Assembly: GCA_030647905.1 (NCBI GenBank)
Contig: JAUSJA010000037.1
Location: 12,030 to 76,029, forward strand
Length of the DNA: 64,000 nucleotides
Reading direction: 5' to 3'
Source of the DNA: Gemmatimonadaceae bacterium
GTDB taxonomy: Bacteria > Gemmatimonadota > Gemmatimonadetes > Gemmatimonadales > Gemmatimonadaceae
Shown one piece after another: positions 10,387-19,848 of this stretch (its first letter is position 1; each line of letters starts with the position of its first letter). Made by a program: the position numbers and the translations under genes. The notes under the pieces are model-generated. The model worked only from the letters and a program-made list of their open reading frames with translations, did not search any database and was not told where the DNA came from.

Positions 10387-10596
10387 ATGCAGGTTTTCCT
10401 TCCCAAGGATGTCGCGAAGCACGCGACCAACAAGTACCTCGGAGTTCTCGTTGCCGCCAAGTTCGCTCGCGTGCTCAACGAGTTCCCGCGCGATCGCTCG
10501 GCCCCGGGTGAGAAGAAGCTGACGACGCGCGCACTCGAGGATCTCACTGAAGGAGAGATCCAGTATCGCGTCATTCCGCGCCGCCGCGCGGAGTAG
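10387..10596 (+). CDS. rpoZ: RNA polymerase omega subunit
   Basis: 69 aa, NKYLGVLVAAKFAR…KLTTRALEDL; sits between gmk and coaBC. Confidence 0.85.
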   Translation: MQVFLPKDVAKHATNKYLGVLVAAKFARVLNEFPRDRSAPGEKKLTTRALEDLTEGEIQYRVIPRRRAE

Positions 10597-10601
10597 TTTC
10601 G

Positions 10602-11819
10602 GTGCGGCCTTTTGACGGCCGCCGCATTCTCCTGGGCGTAACCGGGGGAATCGCCAGCTACAAGTCGGTGATGCTCGCGCGTCTGCTGACACAGGCGGGC
10701 GCGGAAGTGGATGTCGTCATGACGAGGGCTGCGCTGGAATTCGTCGGCGCCATCACTTTCGAGGCCGTCACGGGCCGCCGCACTTACTCCGAGATATTCG
10801 GTCCGGGAAACGCACTGGATCATATTCGGCTCGCCCGCGAAGCGTCCGCGTACGTCGTCGCCCCGGCGACCGCTGATTTCATGGCTCGAGCGGCCCACGG
10901 ACACGCCGGCGATCTGCTGACCGCGTCCCTGCTCGCGAACACATCACCCGTGTTGCTCATACCGGCGATGAACGACAGGATGTGGGCCAACGCCCAGACG
11001 GTGCGGAACGTCGCCCACCTGCGCGAGCTCGGGTACACTGTCGTAGACCCTGACGAGGGCCCGTTGGCCGTCGGGGAAGGCATGGGCCCCGGTCGAATGC
11101 CGGAGCCGGAAGCGATCATCGCGCATCTCTCCCGACTTCTCGAGGGGAATGGAGATCTGTCCGGACGGAGTCTGCTCGTGACTGCCGGAGCGACCCGCGA
11201 ACCGATCGATCCTGTGCGCTTCATTTCGAATCACAGCACCGGGAAGATGGGGGTCGCAATCGCCGCGGCGGCAGCGCGTCGCGGTGCACGAGTGACACTG
11301 GTCGCCGGCCATCTCGAAGTGCCCGTCCCACTATTGGTGACCAGAGTGCAAGCCGAGACCGTCGAGGCGATGCGCGACGCCGTGGAACGGGAGCTCCCCG
11401 GAGCGGACGCGCTGATAATGGCAGCCGCTCCCGCCGATTATCGGCCGGCGAAAGTGGCGACGCAAAAGATGAAAAAATCCGCGTCCGCGCTTTCTCCTGT
11501 AATCGAGCTCATGCAGACCGACGACATACTCGTCTCGACCCGGGCGGCAAGAAAGCCCGGCGCCGTGGTGATCGGATTCGCACTCGAGACGGAGAATCTT
11601 CTCGAGAATGGGGCCGCCAAGCTCGAGTCCAAGGATCTCGACATGATCGTGGCCAACAGTGCCTTGGAATCAGGTGCGGGATTCGGCGGCGATTCCAACC
11701 GCGTCACGCTGCTAAGCCGCGGTGGCGCAATGGAAGCCATTCCGCTCATGCCAAAGACCGCCCTTGCCGAAATCATTCTCGACCGCCTTGTCGCGCTGCT
11801 GAATGGACGCCAGGGATAA
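10602..11819 (+). CDS. coaBC: Bifunctional phosphopantothenoylcysteine decarboxylase / phosphopantothenate-cysteine ligase
   Basis: GVTGGIASYK, HIRLA, PAMNDRMW, TAGATREPIDPVRFISNHSTGKMG, GFALET. Confidence 0.95.
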   Translation: MRPFDGRRILLGVTGGIASYKSVMLARLLTQAGAEVDVVMTRAALEFVGAITFEAVTGRRTYSEIFGPGNALDHIRLAREASAYVVAPATADFMARAAHGHAGDLLTASLLANTSPVLLIPAMNDRMWANAQTVRNVAHLRELGYTVVDPDEGPLAVGEGMGPGRMPEPEAIIAHLSRLLEGNGDLSGRSLLVTAGATREPIDPVRFISNHSTGKMGVAIAAAAARRGARVTLVAGHLEVPVPLLVTRVQAETVEAMRDAVERELPGADALIMAAAPADYRPAKVATQKMKKSASALSPVIELMQTDDILVSTRAARKPGAVVIGFALETENLLENGAAKLESKDLDMIVANSALESGAGFGGDSNRVTLLSRGGAMEAIPLMPKTALAEIILDRLVALLNGRQG

Positions 11820-12660
11820 GCTCCGCCTCTATCTCGAGCAGCGGCGCGACCTCGGCGAATCCGAGCTCATCCTCGACTCGATGACCGTCGAGGAAGCTCT
11901 TCGCGCGATTGGTGCGCTGGCGCGTGGAGGATCCGCACCAGCGCGAAGCCCTCAAGACGAGCCAGTCGCCAGCGGGGATTGGCGCACGGTTCTCGGTCAG
12001 CCCTCCGCCCTCCCCGAGCCCGAGCCAGCCGCGCCGCCCGGCCCGGGCCTCGTGGCCGGCGCCGCCCCCGATGAGCTCTTCAACGCCGACGTCATGGGAC
12101 ACACCTCACTCAAAACGCTCGCCTCCGCCCTCGAGTCGTGCACGCGCTGCCCTCTGTACAAGACGGCCAATCACGCCGTGCCGGGAGAGGGCAATACGAA
12201 CGCCCGGCTGGTGTGCGTCGGCGAGGCGCCCGGCGCCAGCGAGGACGAGACGGGAAGGCCATTCGTAGGCGCCGCCGGACAGCTCCTGACCAAGATCCTC
12301 GCCGCGGTGGATCTGACCCGCGAGGAAGTGTTCATCGGAAACGTCATCAAGCACAGGCCACCCGGAAACCGGAACCCCACCCCCGGCGAGATCGAGGCAT
12401 GCAGTCCCTGGCTCGTCCGCCAGCTGGAGCTGATCAAGCCAAAAGTAATCCTTGCTCTCGGCACCTTTGCAGCGCAGACTCTTCTCAACACGAAGACGCC
12501 GCTAGGGAAGCTCCGTGGCGAGATCCATCGCTACCACGGCATACCTGTCGTCGTCACCTATCACCCTGCCGCACTGTTGCGCAATCCGTCGTGGAAACGC
12601 CCGACCTGGGAAGATGTCAAGCTCGCCCGTAGAATTCTCGATAGCGCCTCAGGCGCGTGA
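11803..12660 (+). CDS. Uracil-DNA glycosylase family 4 ([4Fe-4S]) with N-terminal extension
   Basis: CTRCPL, GEAPGASED, GRPFVGAAG, KHRPPGNRNP, TYHPAALLR. Confidence 0.9.
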   Translation: MDARDKLRLYLEQRRDLGESELILDSMTVEEALRAIGALARGGSAPARSPQDEPVASGDWRTVLGQPSALPEPEPAAPPGPGLVAGAAPDELFNADVMGHTSLKTLASALESCTRCPLYKTANHAVPGEGNTNARLVCVGEAPGASEDETGRPFVGAAGQLLTKILAAVDLTREEVFIGNVIKHRPPGNRNPTPGEIEACSPWLVRQLELIKPKVILALGTFAAQTLLNTKTPLGKLRGEIHRYHGIPVVVTYHPAALLRNPSWKRPTWEDVKLARRILDSASGA

Positions 12661-14017
12661 TCCATATTCCGAACGCCGCCCTCCTTACTCCGAGGACGCC
12701 GAGCAGGCCGTGCTGTCGGCCATGCTCATGGATCAGGCCGCGGTTCTTCGCGCGTCGGAGCATGTAGACGACACGATGTTCTACCGCGAGGGCAATCGGC
12801 GAATCTTCCGCGCCATGCTCTCGCTCTCGGAGCGCGGCGACGTCATTGACCCGCTGACCCTCTCCGAGGAGCTCTCCCGGACCGGCGACCTGCAGGCGAG
12901 CGGCGGAAAGGACTACATCGCGTTCCTCGTGGACGCGGTTCCGACGTCCGCCAATATCGAGTACCACGCGAAGATCGTCCGCGAGAAGGCGCTTCGCCGC
13001 CGTCTGATCGAGGTTTCCACCGCGATCGTATCGGAAGCATTCGAGTCCGCGGCGCCGGCTGCCGAGCTTCTCGACGCAGCAGAGCAGAGGATCTTCGAGG
13101 TCAATCAGGCCCGCGGCACCGAGGCGTTCACCCGCCTCAAGGAGCTCCTGTGGCCGACGATGGAGCGGATCGAGCTCCTCCAGCGAGGCGACGATTCGAT
13201 CACCGGCGTCAGCAGCGGGTTCAAGGATCTCGACGAGCTGACTGCAGGGTTTCAGCCGTCCGATCTCATCATCGTCGCTGCTCGTCCAGCCATGGGCAAG
13301 ACCGCGTTCATTCTCAACATCGCGCAGAATGCCGCGCTCGACCACAACGTGCCGGTCGCCTTCTTCTCACTCGAGATGAGCAAGGAGGCACTGGTTCAGC
13401 GACTCCTCACGTCGGAAGGTCGCGTGGATGCGCAGCGACTCAGAAAAGGGCGCCTGCACGATGACGAGTTCGTACGACTCGGGCGCGCAGCCGGCATACT
13501 CAGCCACGCTCCCATCTGGATAGACGATACTCCCGGAATAACGCTTCTCGAGATGCGCTCCAAGGCGCGACGTCTCAAGATAGACAACGACATCGGCCTC
13601 ATCGTGGTGGACTATCTTCAGCTGATGCAGGGACCGTCCAACCAGGAGAACCGGCAGCAGGAGATCAGTTACATCTCGCGGTCGCTAAAATCCCTCGCGC
13701 GCGAGCTTCGTGTGCCCGTCGTCGCGCTTTCGCAGCTCTCGCGCGCACCCGAGCAACGCACCGGCGAGAACAAGCGCCCGCAGCTCTCCGACCTCCGCGA
13801 GTCGGGAGCCATCGAGCAGGACGCCGATCTGGTCATGTTCATCTACCGGCAGGAGATGTACGACGGGCCCACCGACAAGGATGGGAACTCCCTCGAGGGA
13901 CGCGCGGAGATCATCGTCGGCAAGCAGCGCAACGGTCCGACGGGACTCGTCAATCTCTACTTCAACAAGACCTTTACGCGCTTCGAGAGCCACTCGGCCC
14001 GTACGCAGCCGCAGTGA
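12614..14017 (+). CDS. dnaB: Replicative DNA helicase
   Basis: AARPAMGKT, FFSLEMS, VVDYLQLM, LSQLSR, LSDLRESGAIEQDAD. Start taken at ATG 12614 (47-bp overlap with udg); start uncertain. Confidence 0.95.
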   Translation: MSSSPVEFSIAPQARDPYSERRPPYSEDAEQAVLSAMLMDQAAVLRASEHVDDTMFYREGNRRIFRAMLSLSERGDVIDPLTLSEELSRTGDLQASGGKDYIAFLVDAVPTSANIEYHAKIVREKALRRRLIEVSTAIVSEAFESAAPAAELLDAAEQRIFEVNQARGTEAFTRLKELLWPTMERIELLQRGDDSITGVSSGFKDLDELTAGFQPSDLIIVAARPAMGKTAFILNIAQNAALDHNVPVAFFSLEMSKEALVQRLLTSEGRVDAQRLRKGRLHDDEFVRLGRAAGILSHAPIWIDDTPGITLLEMRSKARRLKIDNDIGLIVVDYLQLMQGPSNQENRQQEISYISRSLKSLARELRVPVVALSQLSRAPEQRTGENKRPQLSDLRESGAIEQDADLVMFIYRQEMYDGPTDKDGNSLEGRAEIIVGKQRNGPTGLVNLYFNKTFTRFESHSARTQPQ

Positions 14018-15420
14018 CCCCAAAGGCGCGAAGCGTTTTTCGCTGCAGCAATTGCGGCGCCGAGCACCCGCGGTGGGCGGGAAGGTGTGATGTCTGCGGT
14101 GAATGGAACTCGCTCGTCGAGGAGATGATTTCGCGGTCGGCGGCCACGATTTCCGGACAGAGCGGGTCATCGCGCCGCATTGGCGGCCACAAGACTCTCG
14201 CTGAGGGCGGATCGGTCGCCCAGCCAATCAAGCTGAGGGATGTCGTCGGTGCCGCAGAGCCGCGCTGGAAAACCGGGCTGGCGGAATTCGATTACGTGCT
14301 CGGCGGCGGCATCGTTCCGGGATCCATGATCCTCATCGGTGGCGAGCCGGGAATCGGCAAGTCCACACTCATGCTGCAGGTCGCGGCGAAGCTGGAGAGC
14401 AGCGGACATCACACTCTCTACGTCTCGGGCGAGGAATCGCCGCTTCAGGTGAAGATGCGCGCCGAGCGCCTGTCCGACCGCGCGGTTGAAGTAGATATGC
14501 TGGGTGAGACGCTGCTCGAAACGATCATCGCCACCGCCGCCTCGGTCGGTCCTTCCGTCCTGATGGTGGACTCGATTCAGACCGTGTTCACCGCCGACCT
14601 GGATGGCCCGCCGGGCAGCGTGGGACAGGTGCGCGAGTGTGCTGCGCGGCTGATGCGATTCGCGAAAGAGACCGGCATCACCGTGTTCGTCGTTGGCCAC
14701 GTGACGCGTGAAGGCGGGATCGCCGGCCCCAAGACGCTCGAGCATATCGTGGATACGGTCCTATACTTCGAAGGCGAAGCGATGCTCGATCATCGAATCC
14801 TGCGCGCCATCAAGAACCGCTTCGGCAGCGTGGATGAGATCGGTGTTTTCCGGATGACCGAGACAGGTCTGGATCCGGTCGCCAATCCCTCCGAGCTGTT
14901 TCTCGGAGATCGAGACAACCACGCATCGGGCAGCGCGGTAACGGCATTGCTCGAGGGAAGCCGGCCGGTGCTCATCGAGATTCAGGGGCTCGCGGCCAAG
15001 GCCGGATTTGGAACGCCGCAGCGTGTGGCGACCGGATTCGACAATCGCCGGCTCGCGCTGCTGCTCGCGGTGCTGGACAAGCGCGCGGGGCTCTCGTTCG
15101 CGCAGCTCGACGTGTTTCTCAACGTCGTCGGAGGTGTGCGGTTGCAGGAACCGGCGGGCGATCTCGCGGTGGCGGCAGCGCTCGCGTCCAGCGTATACGA
15201 CCGGCCAGTCGGCGCCGAGGCGGTGTTTCTCGGCGAAGTCGGCCTCGGTGGCGAGATCCGGCCCGTATCGCAATCCGAGCGCCGCCTGGCGGAAGCGGCG
15301 AAGATGGGGATCACCACCGCGTTCATGGCGAAGCGGTCGATTCCCGGGCGAGTCGCGAAAGGAATCCGTCCGGTCGGGGTCCGCACGATCAGCGAGCTCT
15401 TCACCCATCTTTTCCAGTGA
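14014..15420 (+). CDS. radA: DNA repair protein RadA/Sms
   Basis: Zinc finger CSNCG…CDVC, GEPGIGKST, KNRFG, Lon-like C-terminus. Confidence 0.96.
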   Translation: MTPKARSVFRCSNCGAEHPRWAGRCDVCGEWNSLVEEMISRSAATISGQSGSSRRIGGHKTLAEGGSVAQPIKLRDVVGAAEPRWKTGLAEFDYVLGGGIVPGSMILIGGEPGIGKSTLMLQVAAKLESSGHHTLYVSGEESPLQVKMRAERLSDRAVEVDMLGETLLETIIATAASVGPSVLMVDSIQTVFTADLDGPPGSVGQVRECAARLMRFAKETGITVFVVGHVTREGGIAGPKTLEHIVDTVLYFEGEAMLDHRILRAIKNRFGSVDEIGVFRMTETGLDPVANPSELFLGDRDNHASGSAVTALLEGSRPVLIEIQGLAAKAGFGTPQRVATGFDNRRLALLLAVLDKRAGLSFAQLDVFLNVVGGVRLQEPAGDLAVAAALASSVYDRPVGAEAVFLGEVGLGGEIRPVSQSERRLAEAAKMGITTAFMAKRSIPGRVAKGIRPVGVRTISELFTHLFQ

Positions 15421-16106
15421 CGCACGACGTCGGCGTTGTGATTGTCGCCGGCGGAAAGGGGACGCGCGCCGGAGGCGAGGAGCTGAAGCAGTTCCGCTGG
15501 GTGGCGGGGAAGCCGATGCTTCTGCACAGCGTGCAGCTTTGCCAGCAGCGGGACGACGTGGGAATTGTGGTGGTAGTGCTGCCGCACGAGCATGTCGGCG
15601 ACCCGCCCCCGTGGCTCTTTCAGTGCGACACCGAACGTCTCCTGCTTTCAGTGGGCGGACGCGACCGCGGTGATTCAGTGCGCAACGGACTCCAGGACCT
15701 TCCCGATGACGCGCGAATTGTCGTCGTGCACGACGCTGCGCGGCCTCTCGCGACGGCTCGCATGCTTGACGACGTGATCGCCGAAGCACGGCGGGGCAAC
15801 GGCGCGGCTCCTGGTCTCGCGGTTGTGGACACGCTCAAGCGCGTGGACGCAGACGGACGCATCGTCGAGACAGTGGACCGCGCGAATCTCGTCAGAATCC
15901 AGACGCCACAAGCTTTCCCGCGGGATATGCTCGAGCGCGCGCATGCGGACGGATTGCGAAGTGGCATCAACGCCACCGACGACGCCGCGCTTTGCGAGCG
16001 CATCGGCATGACCGTCGTCGTGGTACCGGGAAGCGAGCGCGCGCTCAAGATCACGACCGAGGCGGACTTCGCGCGGGCCGAGGCGCTTGGTATCTTGCGC
16101 GAATGA
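15417..16106 (+). CDS. ispD: 2-C-methyl-D-erythritol 4-phosphate cytidylyltransferase
   Basis: VAGGKGTR…KQF, VHDAARPL, IQTPQAF, TDDA, KITTEAD. Confidence 0.92.
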   Translation: MTHDVGVVIVAGGKGTRAGGEELKQFRWVAGKPMLLHSVQLCQQRDDVGIVVVVLPHEHVGDPPPWLFQCDTERLLLSVGGRDRGDSVRNGLQDLPDDARIVVVHDAARPLATARMLDDVIAEARRGNGAAPGLAVVDTLKRVDADGRIVETVDRANLVRIQTPQAFPRDMLERAHADGLRSGINATDDAALCERIGMTVVVVPGSERALKITTEADFARAEALGILRE

Positions 16107-16774
16107 CCGCTGCACCGCTCGTCGTTCCGTTCTGGTCACCCGACGAGATCGAGGCGGCGCTGCCGGGCACGATAGCGCATCTCAACGCGAGACAAGTTCT
16201 CGCGTACCCCACCGAGACTGTGTACGGTTTCGGCGGAGCGGTGGACCGGGAGTCGGTCGCCAACCTGATCGCGCTGAAGGGGCGGCCGCCGAACAAGCCG
16301 TTTCTCCTGATCGTCGCTTCGAGCGAGATGATCACGCGGCTTGGCCTTCATCTGACGAGCTACGCCTCGCAGCTGACTGCGCGGTTCTGGCCCGGACCGC
16401 TCACGCTCGTCCTGCCTGGTGGCGAGAAGCGCGTCCCCGAGCAACTGCGCGGCCCCGAGGGGGGCATCGCCGTTCGGTGGACACCGCACGCCGGACTCGC
16501 CAGACTCGTGCGCGCGTATGGCGAGCCGATAACTTCGACGAGCGCCAATCGTCCCGGTGTGCCGCCGGCGACCAACGCGCATGAAATCGTGGATCAGTGG
16601 GGCGAAGCAGTGACGAACGGAACGCTGCGCGTGCTCGACGGAGGCCAGCTTGTCGAGTCCGCCCCATCTACGGTCGTGGACTGTACCGGGCGGCGCCCGC
16701 GGGTAATCAGACCGGGGGCGATTTCGGTGGCGAAGCTTCGCGAATGCGTACCCGACGTCGTCGGAGACAACTGA
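16103..16774 (+). CDS. tsaC: L-threonylcarbamoyladenylate synthase (TsaC/Sua5 domain)
   Basis: YPTETVYGFG, LKGRPPNKP, WPGPLTLV, TSTSANRPG, STVVDC; ATG overlaps the ispD stop. Confidence 0.9.
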   Translation: MTAAPLVVPFWSPDEIEAALPGTIAHLNARQVLAYPTETVYGFGGAVDRESVANLIALKGRPPNKPFLLIVASSEMITRLGLHLTSYASQLTARFWPGPLTLVLPGGEKRVPEQLRGPEGGIAVRWTPHAGLARLVRAYGEPITSTSANRPGVPPATNAHEIVDQWGEAVTNGTLRVLDGGQLVESAPSTVVDCTGRRPRVIRPGAISVAKLRECVPDVVGDN

Positions 16775-16777
16775 CCG

Positions 16778-17230
16778 ATGCGCATCCTTTTCGTTTGCAG
16801 CGGCAACACGTGCAGAAGCCCTCTTGCGGAAGCGATCGCCACGCGGATGTTCGCCGACGCTAGACGGAGCGACATACAGGTCGCGAGCGCAGGCACGCAG
16901 GCATGGGACGGCTCGCCGGCCAGCGATGGGTCGCTGCTGGTCGGAATGGAGCGGAATCTCGATCTTTCCGGCCATCGGTCCCGCCTCCTCACGAAGGAGA
17001 TCGTGAAGGAAAACGACTTGATCCTCGCCATGGCCCCATCACACCTGGAGCGCGTGAAGGAGCTCGACCAGGCAGCGAATTCCCACCTTCTCGTGGGCTT
17101 CGCGTCGGGAGACGCGACTGGCCAGTCAGTGCAGGATCCGTTTGGCGGCGATCTCTCGGCGTATCGCGAAACGGCCGACGAGCTGGAGCGCGAGCTCTGG
17201 AAACTTCTGGAGCGGATTCCGGCGCCATGA
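16778..17230 (+). CDS. Low-molecular-weight phosphatase, probably protein-arginine phosphatase (YwlE-like)
   Basis: P-loop CSGNTCRS, VQDPFGG general-acid loop; follows tsaC as in Bacillus ywlC-ywlE. Confidence 0.85.
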   Translation: MRILFVCSGNTCRSPLAEAIATRMFADARRSDIQVASAGTQAWDGSPASDGSLLVGMERNLDLSGHRSRLLTKEIVKENDLILAMAPSHLERVKELDQAANSHLLVGFASGDATGQSVQDPFGGDLSAYRETADELERELWKLLERIPAP

Positions 17231-18051
17231 TTGCGCGTGAGCGGCTGGTGCTCATCGGACACCCGGTATCGCACTCGCTCTCGCCCGTGATGCAAAACGC
17301 CGCGCTCAAGGCGATGGGTCTCCCGCTGCGCTACGAAGCACTCGATGTCCCGCCAGAGCAGCTCGTAATTGTGCTCGCAGAGCTATCGCGGTGCAGCTGT
17401 GCGGGTAACATCACCGCTCCCCACAAGAAATCGGCGATGCAGGCGATTGCCGGCTGCTCGGAGCTCGCCCGCCGTGCGGGCGCGGTCAACACTTTCTGGA
17501 GTGACGGCGGAGGAACGCTGGAGGGAGACAACACCGATGTCGCGGGATTCGACGCAGCCGTGATCGAGCTTCTCGGCGGAATGCCCGATGGTGCGCGTGT
17601 CGCGGTGCTTGGCGCCGGGGGGGCCGCCGGCGCCGTGCTGACCGCGGTTGATGCGTGGCCCGGTGCGACGGCCACGGTGCATGCCCGCGACCTCGCGCGG
17701 GCGATGGCGATGCGCATGCGGCATTCCGCGGTCGTCCGGGCGTGTTCGATGAGGGACCCGTGCCTGGCGGAGGCCGATCTTGTGGTGAATGCGACACCGA
17801 TCGGAATGGGGACGGACGAAATGCCGGAAGATCTCGAACGCCTCGCACCACACGCGGTCGTCTTCGATCTCGTGTACGGCCCGCGCGAAACCGCATGGGT
17901 CCGCGCTGCGCGAGCCATGGGCCACACTGCGTCGGACGGGCTGCGAATGCTTCTCCACCAGGGTGTCGCGTCGTTCGAGCGCTGGTTTGCCACACCACCC
18001 GATGCAGAGGTGATGTGGAAGGCGCTCCTGGAGGCGACCGGCCGCGGCTGA
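17227..18051 (+). CDS. aroE: Shikimate dehydrogenase
   Basis: GHPVSHSLSP, NITAPHK, GAVNT, GDNTD, LGAGGAA, NATPIGM, DGLRMLLHQG. Confidence 0.93.
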   Translation: MIARERLVLIGHPVSHSLSPVMQNAALKAMGLPLRYEALDVPPEQLVIVLAELSRCSCAGNITAPHKKSAMQAIAGCSELARRAGAVNTFWSDGGGTLEGDNTDVAGFDAAVIELLGGMPDGARVAVLGAGGAAGAVLTAVDAWPGATATVHARDLARAMAMRMRHSAVVRACSMRDPCLAEADLVVNATPIGMGTDEMPEDLERLAPHAVVFDLVYGPRETAWVRAARAMGHTASDGLRMLLHQGVASFERWFATPPDAEVMWKALLEATGRG

Positions 18052-18815
18052 CCGCCGCACGGGCTCACGGCCTCATTCGCGCCGCGGCTGCAGCCGCCGC
18101 GGAGCTTCTGCTTCCCATCTGCTGCGTCGTGTGCAACCGCCTCCTGTCGGCGGGTGAAGAAGGAATCATCTGCGGTCATTGCTGGTCGCTCGCGCGAGAG
18201 CTGCCGCATCCCCGTTGCCAGCGTTGCGGACATCCTGTGGACACCCATCGCTGCCGCTGGTGCCCACTGCTGCCCCCCTTCGTGCGCGCGGCGCGATCAT
18301 TCTGCTGGATCGGCGCCGGGAGCGGCCGCGATATCGTCCACGCCCTCAAGTACGATGGCTGGACGCGCGCAGCCGAGGCAATCGCCCGCCGCATGGCCCG
18401 CGTGTCGTGGCCTCTCGACGTCGTGGAGGAGCGCGCCGCAATCGTTCCCGTTCCGCTGGCAGAATCGCGACTCCGCGAGCGCGGCTTCAACCAGAGCGCC
18501 CTCATCGCCGCGCGGCTCGCCGAATTGTGGGAAATCCCGGTGTGGAGCGATTGTCTCACCAGAGCAACCGCGCTGCGGCGGCAGACGGAGTTGACTCCGG
18601 GGGAACGACTGAGCAATGTTGCCGGAGCATTCGCCGTCCCTCAATCGGCGCTCGAGTCACTTCGCGGCGCGCACATCGTGCTTCTCGACGACGTGGTTAC
18701 GACAGGGGCGACGCTTCGCGCCTGCGCCAGCGCGCTCTTTGCATCCGGTGCCAGGACCATCAGCTACATGACATTCGGCCGCGCGCCCGCGTCGGGCGAC
18801 CGGCTCAATCGATAG
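18048..18815 (+). CDS. ComF family protein (double zinc ribbon + PRTase)
   Basis: CVVC…CGHC…CQRCG…CRWC, RERGFNQS, LLDDVVTTGAT. Start codon uncertain. Confidence 0.88.
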   Translation: MTAARAHGLIRAAAAAAAELLLPICCVVCNRLLSAGEEGIICGHCWSLARELPHPRCQRCGHPVDTHRCRWCPLLPPFVRAARSFCWIGAGSGRDIVHALKYDGWTRAAEAIARRMARVSWPLDVVEERAAIVPVPLAESRLRERGFNQSALIAARLAELWEIPVWSDCLTRATALRRQTELTPGERLSNVAGAFAVPQSALESLRGAHIVLLDDVVTTGATLRACASALFASGARTISYMTFGRAPASGDRLNR

Positions 18816-18827
18816 GATATTCGCCAA

Positions 18828-19838
18828 ATGGCAATAAGAGTCGGCATCAACGGCTTCGGCAGAATCGGCAGGCAGGTCCTTCGCGCGGCGAAGGAGCAGG
18901 GAGTAGTCGATCTTGATTTCGTCGCCATCAACGACCTCACCGACACGAAGACGCTGGCGCACCTCTTCAAGTACGATTCCGTGCACCGCACGTATCAGGG
19001 CGACGTCGAGGCGTCGGCCAACTCCATCAGCGTGGACGGCGACGAGGTACTCATTCTGTCGGAGAAGGATCCGGCGGCGCTGCCGTGGCGCGACCTCGGA
19101 GTGGATGTCGTGCTCGAGTCCACCGGCCGCTTCACCAACGCCACCGATGCGCGCAAGCACATTGACGCCGGCGCCCGCAAGGTTCTCATCTCCGCTCCGG
19201 CCAAGGGCGAGGACATCACGCTCGTCATGGGCATCAACAGCGACAAGTACGATCCGGCGAAGCACCACATCATTTCCAATGCGTCGTGTACGACGAACTG
19301 TCTCGTTCCCATGGTAAAGGTCGTGCGCGACAACTTCGGCTTCCGTCATGCATCCATGCTGACGGTGCACAGCTACACCAACGACCAGCCGATACTCGAC
19401 TTCCCGCACAAGGATCTCCGCCGCGCGCGTGCCGCCGCGCTCTCGATGATTCCGACGACAACCGGCGCGGCCAAGGCGACGTCGCTGGTGATTCCCGAGG
19501 TGAAGGGGCTGATTGACGGCATTTCGATCCGCGTGCCTACGCCTGATGTCTCGTTCACCGACCTCATGGTCGAAGTCGAGAGACCCACCACCATCGCCGA
19601 AGTCAACGCCGCGTTCCGCGCGGCCGCCGAGGGACCGCTCGAGGGAATCCTCCAGTATACTGAGGAAGAGCTCGTTTCGAGTGATTACATCGGCAACCCG
19701 TCCTCCTGCATCCTCGACGCAAAGACGACGAACGTCATTGACGGAACGATGGTGAATGTCTGCGGCTGGTATGACAACGAGTGGGGATATTCGTCGCGGT
19801 GCGTGGACCTGCTGCGCTTCATCGGCGCGCGACTTTAA
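18828..19838 (+). CDS. gap: Glyceraldehyde-3-phosphate dehydrogenase type I
   Basis: [29 protein letters not shown]. Confidence 0.98.
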   Translation: MAIRVGINGFGRIGRQVLRAAKEQGVVDLDFVAINDLTDTKTLAHLFKYDSVHRTYQGDVEASANSISVDGDEVLILSEKDPAALPWRDLGVDVVLESTGRFTNATDARKHIDAGARKVLISAPAKGEDITLVMGINSDKYDPAKHHIISNASCTTNCLVPMVKVVRDNFGFRHASMLTVHSYTNDQPILDFPHKDLRRARAAALSMIPTTTGAAKATSLVIPEVKGLIDGISIRVPTPDVSFTDLMVEVERPTTIAEVNAAFRAAAEGPLEGILQYTEEELVSSDYIGNPSSCILDAKTTNVIDGTMVNVCGWYDNEWGYSSRCVDLLRFIGARL

Positions 19839-19848
19839 CGGCCGGCGC

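Noticed and set aside
12614-14017. Intein in DnaB
   Set aside because: The length (~467 aa) and contiguous helicase motifs leave no room for an insertion.
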